Shown here piece by piece: positions 34,936 to 47,040 of a stretch of 52,500 bases of DNA; positions within the stretch are counted from its first letter, which is position 1; the number at the start of each line of letters is the position of its first letter. The notes under the pieces are model-generated. The model worked only from the letters and a program-made list of their open reading frames with translations, searched no databases and was not told the DNA's origin. Both the position numbers and the translations under genes were made by a program. Source of the stretch: Lama guanicoe. Its lineage: Eukaryota. The DNA lies in NCBI GenBank assembly GCA_013239625.1, contig MU053594.1:1581654-1634153 (forward strand), read 5' to 3'.

Positions 34936-36289
34936 GTAAGTGAATTAAAGGATCTCAATGTAGCTGTTGTAAGGATGGGTGGAGGGCACCCTTGTTCTGC
35001 AAAGCCCTTACTCAACTTCAGAGCAAACAAGTTTTGAAAACTGTTGAAAACATAATAGCACCATCAAAAATACATGAAACCAGTTATGTAAATAATGAAG
35101 CATACGTCATGGGTCCCCTTTCTCCTGTAATTGTGTGAAATCTACACAGTTTCATCAAGATGGACAACGTGAGCTGAGACTAGGAGACCTGGTGTGAAGT
35201 GAGGCGGAGCAGCCCTGTTGTCCACCCCCACCCCCTCCACCAGACTTTGGAAGTTTCTCTTAGCTCCATCTCCTCCTCCATTACACAGATCCATCTTAGT
35301 GCTGTGCTAAGAAATATAAAAGGACAATGCAAGCTGATTGTCCCTGTCCCCCTGCAGAGCGGGGCACGGCCGGGCCATCCTAGGAGCAGCATGGTCAGAG
35401 GGGACAGCTGCCTTCCCGCTGGGACAGCTGTGTTTGAAGCCCCTGGCCTCAGTCTCCACGCTTCCCTGTAGGGTTCCCCCACCCTGTTGGGCAAAGCCTG
35501 GGATGGGTGAGGGTCCTCTGCAAGACAGGACAAGCGCCACGCTCACCACCACCGTCAGCCCACTTGGGACTTTGAGCAGCCAGCTCCCCACAGTCTCCCT
35601 GGTCCCCTCCTGCTCTCGCGTCACCATGTTCCCAGCCACCAGGCTGCTGCAGTAGAAGTCCGATTTCTACTTTACATCAACAGCGTGGTCCACGTGGGGC
35701 AAAGGCACAGACTCACTGCAGGCAGGCGCCTGGGGCTGGCGGGAGATGGGAGACTGCAGGCTTGAGCCCCACTGAGCTCTTTGTCCTTGAGGCTTGGGTA
35801 GGAGCCTGTTGGGATGCCCCCATCCCATCCCAGGTACCAGGCACGGGGAGATCTCATTCATTCCCCATACTCCGTATTCACACCTGCTGCCATGGGCTGA
35901 GTCACCCCCGCAGATGCACACGCAAAAAACCTGCCCTTTGTTCTCGAGGAGGGCATAGAAGCTTATGGTTCCTCCAGTCCCTGCACTTCCTGGGTCACAG
36001 GGCAGGGACCAGGCAGGCTGTCTCTGTCACTGTCTGCCCGGCAAAGTCACTTACCGACCCGGCCGTTCCATCTCTTAGCTCTTGTCCACCTGCCTGTCCG
36101 CAGGGCAAACGGAGAGCAGTGAGGCTGCTTGCCAGCCTGCTGGGTGCTGCTCTGTCTCTCCCCAAACAGATAAGTCAGCAAGTGATTATGGAGTCCCCCT
36201 GTTGGTCAAACAAGCCACAGCCATCAGAAGGGATCTGCGAAAGCCTTCAAAGCCAGACAAAGCGGGATGCAGGTTCCGGCCCTAGAGCT

Positions 36290-36690
36290 CGCTAGCTGGG
36301 CCTCCTTGTCTGAGTCACTGCCTTTCTGACTTCAGTGGCCTCGCCCGTCAATAGAGACAATGACATGTACCCTGCAGGGCTGTCTGAGTCTCCAACGAGA
36401 CAATGTCTACTAGTCACCGAGTACAGGGTATGCACACGCCAGACACTGAGTCAATGTTTAATTCCATCCTCCTTAATAATAAATTATTGCTAGTAGAGCC
36501 CACCAGGCTCTCATGCGGGCACTTCACCTACATCGTCTTGTGTAATCTCACTGTAAACCTGCAAGGCAGCGATCTCCATCCCCGAACAGAGGTCAGGGAA
36601 CTTGCTCCAGTCCGCACGGGCAGGAAGTGGCAGGGCCAGGACTCATCCTTCTGACCCCAAACACCAGGCTTTCTGGTCTTCACAGCGTGG
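36290..36690. repeat. Two degraded MIRs, tail to tail
   Basis: Plus-strand MIR about 36290-36480, then minus-strand MIR about 36480-36690. Confidence 0.55.
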
Positions 36691-37009
36691 GCTCCCTCCT
36701 GCTTTGTCACACATCAGGTTGGACTGACATCAACCAATGGGGCAAGTAGGAGGCACCAGGTATCCTGGGACCAGAAGCAGGCGCAGGAAGCAAGCCCAGT
36801 GCAAGGGAAGGAGCCCCGCAGCTCAAGGCACAGTGACACACACTGACCAGGTTGCAAATCAAACTGGTCCCAGTGGGGGCAGTGGGGCAGGGGAGGAGTG
36901 GGGGACGGAGGCAGCAAGTCCACCTGGCTAACTGAGCGCAGCCGGGAAGCCTGGGTCCGAGAACGCTCAGAGCTCTGTGTGGTTGGTATTAGGGAGGTCT
37001 GCTGGCCAG

Positions 37010-37360
37010 AGTACCTTGCTGTTCAAAGCGTGATTCTAGGACCAGATTCTAGGATCATCTCGGAGCTTGTTGGAAATTTAGAAACTCCTGCTCTCCCAGA
37101 CCTCCTGAATCAGTATCTGATGCTTAACAATATTCATAGGTATTTCTTATGTCCCTTCAAGTTTGAGAAGCACTGGGTCAGAGGTGGCTGGTCCCCAGTC
37201 ACTGAAGTGAGGAAAGCATAGAGCAGTGGTTCTCAATCTGGGCTGGATATTGCATCACCTGGGGAACTTCTAAAATCCCCAATGCCCAGGGCCCGCCCCA
37301 GATCACTAAATCAGAATCGGGTACCAGTGTTGTAAAACTCCCCAATGGACATGAGCGTGA
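37010..37360. mobile_element. Two MER5-like hAT-Charlie MITEs
   Basis: cccagacctcctgaatcag...aagtttgagaagcactgg, and cagtggttctcaatctgggc...catcacctgggga...aatgcccagggcccgccccaga. Confidence 0.75.
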
Positions 37361-39370
37361 GGTTGCTAAGGGGAAAAATTCTGGACTGAGGTTCAAATTC
37401 TGACTCCATTCACTGATGGTGTCCCCTTGGGCATGTCACCTCACGTCTGTAAGCTCCAGGATCCTCATCTGGAAAAGCAGTGACAATAACATTACCCAGT
37501 CCCCAGGGCAGTGTGTAAGGATTTGTGACCCAGGAACCAAGGATGCCCTCACAGACTCTAATGTGCTCTAAAGGTGGGACCTACGCTTTTTACATTTCAT
37601 GTCATGTTTCCTCTGCAGCTCAAAACCAAAGGAAGTGAAGCCTCATTGCCTTTTGTTTTATCATTTAATTTAACCCTAATTCACTCCCCCACGAAGTCCC
37701 CAGAAGGTACAGAAGGAGAAAACCACACACTGGATTTGAGTCACTTAGTGTTTCCTGAGTCCCCTGCCCACGCGGTTCCTCTCACTTCTCACTCAGCACC
37801 CCCGGCACATGACACACTGAAGGGAGATGAGAAAGAACAGCCAGGTCTGAGCTCCCAAGTGGTACATTCTAATAAACCAGTCAGCGCTTTGAGCCCCAGA
37901 GTCTTGTCCAGGATGCACACAGATGTCACGCGGGCTGGCTGGGGGTAGAGAACGCTATGCCAATCTCAACATAGCCTCTTCCTTCTGGTCGGATCAGGAT
38001 GGGTCAACTGCAGACTAAGACACGAGGGTCTGCTAGAAGAACACGGGCATGAAGAAGACCTGTGATCAAGTGAGAGCCTTCAGTGAGGGAGGTCCACAAT
38101 TTTATGCTTAACCCCAGCTCTTCCTCTGACTTACCTACACCATTAGAGGAATTGTTCAACCGCTCAAATTCCTACCTCTCCTCCTGGTATCATACAAATC
38201 TCTATTAACCATTGGAATACTGTTAGAAAGTTATCAATAGTCTGTCCAATGTCAATTAATAACGAATGACTTCTATTGATGGATATTTGATCATATTTAA
38301 AGCACTCAATACCAGGTAAACAAAGTTAATTATTATTAATCCCCTTTTATAAATTTAAAAACTGAGATTTTGGTCCACTGATAAAATTGCCCAAGGTCTG
38401 AAAATTTTATGTGAAAGGTAACGTCGAGAGTAAGATCCAGGACCTCTGACTCCTAGGCCAGTGCTCTCCCACACCGCTAACATCAGCGGTATTCCTCTAA
38501 ACATGTCCACGAGAAATGGATTTCCCTTTCCATCCCCACAGAGAAAAGCAATGATGCAGGTGTGCCATGTCCAGTTGTGTCTGGCCGTGCCTTAGAGCCA
38601 AAGGGAAAGTTTAATTTCCAAATAAAGTCACTGCTAGAAAGAAAGTTGGCAAAATGTGGATTTCATACTAAAGAGTTTTTCTGATTACAGGGAAGTGGGA
38701 AGAACGCCAAGGAAAGTGTAATGGGAGGCAGCTGGAGATGCAGGTGCGCAGACTTATAAATTACTCCACAACCTTCACAAGACCCACAGCTCGGCGGGAA
38801 GACCGGCGCTCTGCTCTACCCGAGTAACTCGTAGGCCTGCGAAGAGGGTCATGGCCAGGCACGGCAGCTCCCACAGGACAGCACCTAATGGGCTTTCTTT
38901 CCAAAGCCAAGAGTGATAGGCACCTTTAGGGAGTCTGTCCAGGATGCAATGAGCCTCTTTCTCTGAGACTTGCCTTGCTCTCCCGAGTTGGAGCCAGCAG
39001 CCACCCTTGTACCCTCACATACGTGTACACACCCAACCCCAGCTGACTGGACTAGGGTGGTCCCCTGACCCAAGCCAGGCCCATCAAATCTCCCCCTGGA
39101 GTCTGCAATTAGAACAGACTCCAGGCAGAGGCATCAGTCAGCCTGAGGTGGGGAACTCGAAGGGAGGAAACGCAGGAGCTAGGAGGCAAATGTTTTACTC
39201 CATGCATATGAGAAGCAGACAAAGTCACATTACATCCTGAACAGGCCTTTATTTATAATGAATGTTTCTTTCAGAGGGAAGCAAAGGGAGTGAATAGAGG
39301 GTCTGGGTTCTTAACAGCCCTAGTCCCAGCTGTCCTTGGATTCTGTAAGTTACTCCAGCATCCCAGTGTA

Positions 39371-39700
39371 CTTTTTTTTCTTCTTCTTTTTCCTTTCCTT
39401 TCCTTTCCTTTCCTTTCCTTTCCTCTTCACTTCTTTCTTTTTTTCTTTCTTTCTTTCTTTCTTTCTTTTTTTCTTTTTTTTTTTTTTTTTTTTTNNNNNN
39501 NNNNNNNNNNNNNNNNNNNNNNNNNNNNNNNNNNNNNNNNNNNNNNNNNNNNNNNNNNNNNNNNNNNNNNNNNNNNNNNNNNNNNNNNNNNNNNNNNNNN
39601 NNNNNNNNNNNNNNNNNNNNNNNNNNTTTCTCTTTTCTTTTCTTCTCTTTTCTTTTCTTTCTTTCTTTCTTTTTCCCTCTCTCTCTCTTTCTCCCCTTTT
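39371..39700. repeat. Polypyrimidine simple repeat (TTTCC/TTTC/poly-T) spanning an assembly gap
   Basis: Direct observation; N run 39495-39626. Confidence 0.95.
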
Positions 39701-39944
39701 CTCACCCTGTCCCCACTGGCTATAATTGGTTTCTGTTATGAATAAGGAAAAATATCTTGAATAAGACCTCAGGTCAGAGAAATTACCTTACATTTGATGA
39801 CTGTGTGACACGGCTATCTGCTACCGAAAGAAATCTCACCACTGCTTCCTCCAAAGGCCCATGCAGTGAAATTTAGAGACGTCTAAGTCTGAAAGACAGC
39901 TTTGGACCTGGTGGATGCTTCATGAAGTGACTTAAGGTAAACAG

Positions 39945-40076
39945 GGGGAGGGTATAGCTCAGTGGTAGAGTTCACACCTAGCGTGCACGAGGTCCTCGGT
40001 TCGATCCCCAGTAACTCCACTAAAATAAAGAAAGAAAGAAATCTATTACATCCCTCCCCCCCAAAAAACCCAAAGT
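39945..40076 (+). repeat. tRNA-Ala-derived SINE (Vic-1-like)
   Basis: ggggagggtatagctcagtggtagag (A box)...ggttcgatcccc (B box), A-rich tail; degenerate TSD ttaaggtaaacag/ttaaggtatatag. Confidence 0.9.
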
Positions 40077-41329
40077 TTAAGGTATATAGAACATGATGAA
40101 GATGTAAACTGAACTAATTCCTAGACCTACTTGTTTTTTTAAATAAAATAGAATCAGGGCCACTTAAGGTTTCAAATGGTATCTGGCTGGACACACCTGG
40201 TGAAGTGTCTCTAAAAGTTTCCCTAAATTACCTACAAAACAGGAAAAAAGAAAGACAAAAATTCACAGTAACATCAAAAAAATGAAGACTAACCAACAAA
40301 CTGTTACCAGAATCTAGAAGGAATTTCTATTACCTAAATAAAGCGAATGAAGCTAAGCTGTACTGAGACGAGCAATCCATGTTTCATCTTGTGAAACAGA
40401 GTAGCCCCACCCACCTGAGAGCTCATAGGGGTACCTTGTCTGTCTCCAACTTTCTAGCCCCAGCTCAGAGATCCAGGGCCAAACCACGCAAACACCTGGC
40501 TCTCTGCTACAGGGGCTCCTCTCTGCAGGGGCCAGAGAAGTGTTCTGTCTCTGCCAGCCTCTCTGCACCCATTCACAGGATGCAATTCCTGGGAAACCCT
40601 GGAGCAGGAAGTAGGAGAGGACTCGCAATGACACATCACCCGTTGAAAGGTATTTTTCCCACGCATGATGCTTCATAGACAGAACAAAGGTATTTTGTGC
40701 CGGAGACTAAGATTTTGACATACTCTATCAGCTCTGAATGTTAGAGAACAGGCAGAAGTGGGAGGAAATCCCACGTCAGTTCAACAGGGCTGCACAAGAT
40801 GAATCCCATCAATTCTGGGAACTGCTGAGAAGCTGTGCACCTCAACTGGCCCTCTAGTTGCACACCTAAGGAAGAGGACAGTGAGCCAAGGACAAGCCAC
40901 ACTTCCTCTCTGTTAGCAGGTGCCAAGTCGCCACAGGACTTTACTTGCCTTAAAGTAAATAAAGTGAAAACGGCAGTGGGTGGGGGGTGGGATCCCCCCA
41001 TGGGACCTACATAAAAACAGTGCCACATACGGGAAAGAGAGCATCACCCAGAAGACTAAGGAAAAGAGCACACCTCTGAAGATGATTTACTATAAAAACT
41101 AGAAGAAAACTGTAGGAAATTAGCACATATAATATGAAAAGCATAATATGGCGCTATAAAGTTGAACCGGAAAACCATATGGGAAACAAGCTGAGATAAG
41201 CTGATACCAGGATAGGCTTCAAAGACTGCCACCTGAGATGATATTACAGCTTCGTACACAAATGTGATGGGGGGAGACTCCTCTGTTCATGCAAAGTCTA
41301 AATGTGAATCTTTGAAAATAAACAATGAG

Positions 41330-41483
41330 GAGGAGGGTATAGCTCAAGTGATAGAGCACGTGCTTAGCGTGCATGAGGTCCTGGGTTCAGTCCCCAGTTC
41401 CTCCACTAAAAATAAACCTAATGACCTGCCCCCAACCAAAATAAAATAGTTAAACAATAAATAAATATTTTTAATAAATAAAT
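41330..41483 (+). repeat. tRNA-Ala-derived SINE (Vic-1-like)
   Basis: gaggagggtatagctcaagtgatagagcacgtgcttagcgtgcatgaggtcctgggttcagtcccc; perfect 15-bp TSD aaaataaacaatgag at 41315-41329 and 41484-41498. Confidence 0.92.
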
Positions 41484-41919
41484 AAAATAAACAATGAGAC
41501 AGAACTTTTAGAACATAAGAATAGCAATTAGTTAAAACAATGGAGCTTTAAAAAATATTGCACACAAAATAACGATACACAGTGTTTCGTTATTATCCAA
41601 CAGCCAGGTTTCAAACGCTTGTGAGAGTTCTTCTTTTCTTCTCTTACCGAGTATCTGAGCAAGTCAGAATTTCCTGTTCCCACTGCGGAAAGGTGATATT
41701 CCGAAACTTTTTGGTGGGGGAAGTACAAGTGATGGAAGTGTTAAAATGCAACAATTACTTCTACCTCATTTGAGATCATTTTTGTCCAAGTTACTCTCTT
41801 TTCTTAGCAGTAACAGTCAGTAATTAAGAAAGCAAGATTCAAAACGGTTCTCACAGAAATTTTGTAAGAATTTTGTGAAAGTCTTTTAGAAAAGGTACAT
41901 GGTGATTTCAGAATGTATA

Positions 41920-42250
41920 TTATTAAAGTCAGCTGCGGTACAAATATACCCAATATTTGTATATTGGATGAAATACAATGAAAGGTAGTTTGTCACTTAG
42001 AAAGTAGCCCGAGGCAAATGTTCCAAATGGTCAAGAGCAGCTCTCCACCCCTGGGCGCTCAAGATAGCAAAAGTTCCACCATCTTCATCTTGTGGCCTCC
42101 AGCATTGTCACCGTCATCTCCTGGCACTCAGCTGGAATGAGAAAAGAACATGGATAAGTGCTCTGTGAATGACTTACAGGGAGTCCTGTGAGTCACAGAC
42201 AGACATCACTTGAACCTACTAGAACTCAGTCCCATGGTAAATATCAAGGT
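41920..42250 (-). mobile_element. Old MLT1 (MaLR) LTR fragment
   Basis: tattaaagtcagctgcggtacaaatataccc...ctactagaactcagtcccatgg resembles reverse MLT1K/L. Confidence 0.5.
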
Positions 42251-42309
42251 GCTTTAGGCCTGAGAATCTGACAGTCGTCTCCAAGAACAGATAGAAAGGA
42301 AGCCAGTGT

Positions 42310-44130
42310 GATAAGAAAAATATTTCCAAGAAAGCAAAATTATTAAACAATCATTAAAAGCCATATATAAGAAGCAATAAATGAGTGGAATTGACATGGC
42401 CGAAAATCAAGTAAGTATTATGAATGGCAAACTTGAGAAGCACTTGCAAAATGCAGGGAAAGAGAGTAAATAATTAAAGCGATCTTATTTCACTAATTCT
42501 AAGACATCCACTTTTCCACCATGTTAACACTTCAGAAATCGGGTTAAGTCTTACAACCAGCGGCATCTTAACAATTATTGTGGACCAGAGAGCTGTCTGG
42601 GGGAGGTTGTCGAGTCCTGGGCATGAGTGAGCTTAGTCTCAGCTGTTCATGTTGTAAGCACTTTAACTGAGTTATGTACATTGTTGCGATTACATGTGAG
42701 TTTAATTGCCATTTAAAATGTCTTTTAAAAGACTACACTGTGATTTGGCATTGAAACAAGAAGTTATTGTAGATGCTGAAAGGCGTGGAATTAGAGCAGC
42801 AGGATGTAATTTGATATTACTGAAGCAAATATCTGCGATTGGAGCAATGACTGAAATTCCCTTTGTTTTTTTTGTTAAAGCCAACTGCTTTATGGGATCC
42901 AAGAAAAGGAAAAGAAGTTAAGTTGAAGCTTAAAAACTGTTACGTTTTATAACTGAGAACTGAAACATGCAGCAGAGATTGCCTGTCACATGCCAAACAA
43001 CTCAATTGAAGGCAGGAGAAACTGCCAAATCTCTAATCTATTTTGATAGATGAAATATTTCAAAACAAGAAAGAAGCTGGTGTGATTAAGTTACCAATTT
43101 TACAGGACTGTAATCACGGCATTATCTCATAGTTTAATCAGCAACATTTTTTTTCTTCCTTTGTTGTGCCTCTTAACAATCAACAAAATACAGTAATTAA
43201 AAAGGAAGATGAGATCTATGGGAAACCAGGAACAGAGATTCAGCCCAACAATTGGAATGATGTTTCTGAAAAAGAATCTAGAACAAAGAAGAAACAATCA
43301 CTAAAGATATAGTGAAAGAAAACTTTCCAAAAAGGGTGGGGAAGAGGACAAGCTGAGAGAATGGAAGGGGTTCACCAGGCTCCAGGTAAAAGTAACTAAG
43401 AGAGACTCATACCTAAAAATATCCTGACAGCATTTTAAATTAAAATAAAAAACATGTATATATATATATATATATAATTATATTTTATATATATATATCC
43501 AGTCTGAAAAAAGAAGATACAAATATCTATAGGGGAAGAAAAATCATGCTGAACTTTGTCTTCTCTTCTACAATGATAGAGCAATGTCTATAAGAGTTTT
43601 GACATGGAAAAGGTTTAGACCCCTATATTTTACTCATGGATAAGTTTTAGTTCTGAGAGGAGATAACAAAAAGACATTCATAAGAGTGCAAAATGTCTGC
43701 CACTCAAAAAAAAAAAAATGCCTGCCACTCACACTATATTTAAATCACTTTCAAATATATTCCAACTGCCCAAGTATGGCTTCAAATTAGGAGCTCAAGA
43801 ATGGGAAAATCAAGATATAAAAGGACTAGCAGTGAGCATTGAAGTCAATCAAATATAAAGATAGTTCTAAGATAGTTGTTAAAATTCAATTATGAGATGG
43901 ACTATAAGTGTCAAAAATACTCTAGAACCAAGACACATACAACATCAAAAAACAGTAATAAGCCAGATTGCAAACTCATATTTAACTAATAAACTTTCAG
44001 GTAAGAAGAGGGAACAGAAGGAAATAAAAATATATAAAATTATCCTACAGAGTCATGAGCCTAAAAATATCATTTCACTCTTGACTTTACCACTGGAAGA
44101 AATATTAATTGGTATTCACATACATTTTTA
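42310..44130 (+). mobile_element. Degraded L1 ORF1 / HAL1-like element interrupted by a Tigger
   Basis: ORF1-like remnants agtggaattgacatggccgaaaatcaagtaagt, aaagatatagtgaaagaaaactttcca, ctcatacctaaaaatatcctg, tataggggaagaaaaatcatgctg. Confidence 0.55.
42483..43195 (+). mobile_element. Tigger13-like TcMar/pogo transposon remnant with transposase N-terminus
   Basis: TIR-like tatttcactaattctaagaca and aaaatacagta; ORF 42706-42921 MSFKRLHCDLALKQEVIVDAERRGIRAAG resembles a pogo transposase N-terminal HTH region. Confidence 0.75.
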
Positions 44131-44599
44131 GAAACATATTGCATATGAGAGTAGGAGGCTGTCCTTAAAAAGAGAAATAAAATTTCACCCCTGCCTCAAG
44201 ATCTGTAGTCTGAAGATCTCTAGCCAACAGACAGGATAGATTTTTAATTTGTTACAAGAATAAACAAATGTTAAGTTCCTGGAAGAAACCTATGGAGAAT
44301 CAGTCGCCAAATGATGACCTTACTGCCTACCAGGATTTTTCATTCCTTCTGGTGAAAGATCCCTAAATTCTGTTATGAAAGGATGCAGAGTTCTTGTTCA
44401 CAGTTCTTATGCATGGCCTCTGTATCTGAAGGCAGCATCACACACATACACACCACCCATGAAGTGCAAACTGTAACAGTCCTCAAGCTGGATGGCCTTG
44501 TTCTATAACATCACTGGTGTCACTGAGAGAGAAAGACACAAAACTGCAGACCACAGGGAAGCTCTCCACAGTGACTACTGTGATGCAACAGCACTCAGG

Positions 44600-44810
44600 C
44601 CTCAAGTCAGTTCACACACCACATTGTTTCCCATCTACTATTTCATTGAACGCTCACAACAACCATCCAAGTAGGTACCCTTTTTCCAATTTTACAGATG
44701 TGAAAACTGAGGCTCAGAAAGACTGTTTTCCAGAATTACACAGCCGGGAGGCAGGGGGCACAGGCGGATCTACCAGCCAGGAATTTCTGGCCTAAAAGCT
44801 TCATCACACC
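44600..44810 (-). repeat. MIR SINE
   Basis: ctcacaacaaccatccaagtaggtac...ccaattttacagatgtgaaaactgaggctcagaaag. Confidence 0.8.
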
Positions 44811-44837
44811 ATTTCCCTAATTCAAAGAGAGAAAGTA

Positions 44838-44898
<61 letters not shown>

Positions 44899-45338
44899 AA
44901 TAATGCCATTTGCAGCAATTCGGATGGACCTGAAGATCATCATTCTAAGTGAAGAGGGCTGGAAAGAGAAAGAAAAATGCCATATAATCTCTCTTATATG
45001 AGGAATCTAAAAAATAATAATACGAAGGACACAAATGAGCTACTTATTATTTACAACTTAGGTGATGATTTCTTGAATATGCGTAAGCACATCTGTCCTT
45101 TATGATTGGATTACCACATTCTGTTGATTCTTATTCTGTGGTTGGCTTAATTCCTTTGATAACTGTGTCAGTTTAAAAAGCTAAAGATCTAATCTGCTCT
45201 TAGAAACAATAATTAGCACATATATGTGAACTAAAAAAATGTGCAGTATACTGTATACATGTATTTACATGCAGTATAATGTGCATGTGCAGTCAAATTG
45301 TAATAATTCTACCTAATAAAACTGAAAAAGGGGAAAAG
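44838..45338 (+). mobile_element. Retroposed insertion: (TAAA)n, L1 ORF2-end fragment and a divergent 3' segment
   Basis: aataatgccatttgcagcaattcggatggacctgaagatc matches the other L1 copies to about 45057; AATAAA 45315; 12-bp direct repeat agagagaaagta at 44826-44837 and 45339-45350. Confidence 0.7.
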
Positions 45339-45420
45339 AGAGAGAAAGTAGAAGGAAAAAGAGTAAAGAGATTAATTTTATAATTTATTAAGGTTTTAGT
45401 ACAGGTGCTTCCTCTTTTAC

Positions 45421-45512
45421 AAAATAATAATAATAGTAATAATAATAATAATAATAATTAATAACAATAATAATAATAACAATTACTACTACTACTAATA
45501 ATAATAATAATT
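45421..45512. repeat. Compound (TAA)n/(TAC)n microsatellite
   Basis: Direct observation. Confidence 0.95.
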
Positions 45513-45949
45513 CAGTGCACCGAACTAATCATGCTGTGCCGGCACCTCATTAACCCTCTGTAACACATTCACAAAGTGGATGTGGGGCTGTTTTTTTTTC
45601 TCTAATATTAATGGTTCTGAGACATTCCAGGGAGTGCCCTGGTCTCGGGGACCTGATTAGCAAGTACCAACTAACATGCCTTCAGTCCTCTTTGTTTCTT
45701 CAGTATTCTGGGCTATCCCTTCTCTTGCCAGGAGGGAAGATTAGATTAAGTCATTGATTTACTCTTAAGAGTTCCAGTTCTAATGCACTGCGCCTTCCCA
45801 GGGCCTTGAGGAGGGGACGGTACTTAAGACAAAAGAATGCATCTCTAACAGTGGAATTTTAGACGCCAGCAAGGGATTTATTTTTGATCTTTACTACTCC
45901 TCCCCGCCACCCCCAGATTCTTCACATCCCACCGTACTGAGACAGTGGT

Positions 45950-46590
45950 TCCTCGTCTGTGTACCCCGGGCCTTTGCAATCTCGGTGTCGCTCAGTGTCT
46001 TACTCCCCAACAAACCCTATGCAGAGACTCAACCAGGGTGCAACCGCTGCGGGGACCCCGCGTCTGCTTCCAGGGTTCCTTCCCCCCCGGGGTCCGCCCG
46101 GCCTGCCTCGGCGGCCGCGGCCGCGAGCCAATCACACGAACCTCCCGCGTCTCCGCGAGCCCCGCCCCACCTGGAGGCTCGGAGGCGGCGGGCGGGTGGC
46201 TGCTGCCACCTGTCGGCCGCCTCTCTCCCAGCCGCACTCGGCAGTCTCCCTCTCCCATCTCCCACCCCGCCCCCAAAACCATCCCCAGGCGATGGCGGGG
46301 AGGTTGTGATCGCCGGGCCTGGGACGGTGATGACCTTCCCCGCAGGGGCTCCCTGGCGTCTTCCCTTCGCGCCACTCCCTCTGCGCACCCGGAATGGACG
46401 TGGGGTTGGGCGCGGCCAGCACCCACCTGCCCTAGGCTTCTGCCGCGCGGATGCCCGCGCCCCTCCTCAGCCTGGAGATCCTGAAATCCCGGTTCCTCTG
46501 GGCCACAGCCTGACCCCCAGCGCACCGGGAAACAACCAGGACCACCCCTCCGCCCCCCAAATCTGGGCCATCCTGGCGGCCTGAAGGAAT
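45950..46590. promoter_or_regulatory. CpG island with promoter motifs
   Basis: Highest GC and CpG density in the window by eye; overlapping NotI sites 46111-46124; CCAAT 46128-46132; GC boxes ccccgcccc at 46160 and 46265; CTCF-like motif 46203-46218. Confidence 0.8.
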
Positions 46591-47040
46591 GCAGGTTAGA
46601 GCAGAGGTTTTTAAACGCAGAGGCAGAGGACAGGGAACTATTTTTGCAATATTCCCCTGGTGATCCGAATGTCAGGCAGGCTGCTGACCCACCCCGTTAG
46701 AAAATCTACAAGACGGGGTCCCCGTACCTGCTGGCAGGCACAAGCACACACTCCTGGGCTGTCAGGAGACAAACGCCCACTATCAGGCCCAGGGCTTGGA
46801 AGGAGAGGGGTTGGACTGTGGGCCCTGCCACCTCGCTCAGGGGTGGGTTTCCAGCCTTCTCTGTTCACAGCGCCCTTAGTGGCTCAGAAGTTCTTTTCCA
46901 CAGTTCCCAAGGCCAAAAGAAATACCTAAGGGTTCTGCCAATTAAGTAGTTAGGCCCAAACAATGCAGTAAATATCTATGTCCTAATAACTGAGTAGCCA
47001 TTAGAAAAAATAATACATATGAATTGGGAAATAATATTTT

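Noticed and set aside
35307..36295. ORFs of 105-177 aa, one with a hydrophobic stretch
   Set aside because: No recognisable domain or supporting exon chain; compatible with chance ORFs in GC-rich DNA
39290..39745. Phe/Ser-rich and Lys/Glu-rich ORFs
   Set aside because: Translations of a microsatellite across an N gap
39945..40020. tRNA-Ala gene (also the four similar copies)
   Set aside because: Stems are degenerate, and the copies have SINE tails and in several cases TSDs
45945..46584. Overlapping 96-199 aa ORFs in the CpG island
   Set aside because: Pro/Arg/Gly/Ala-rich ORFs in all six frames are expected from high GC content; no recognisable homology
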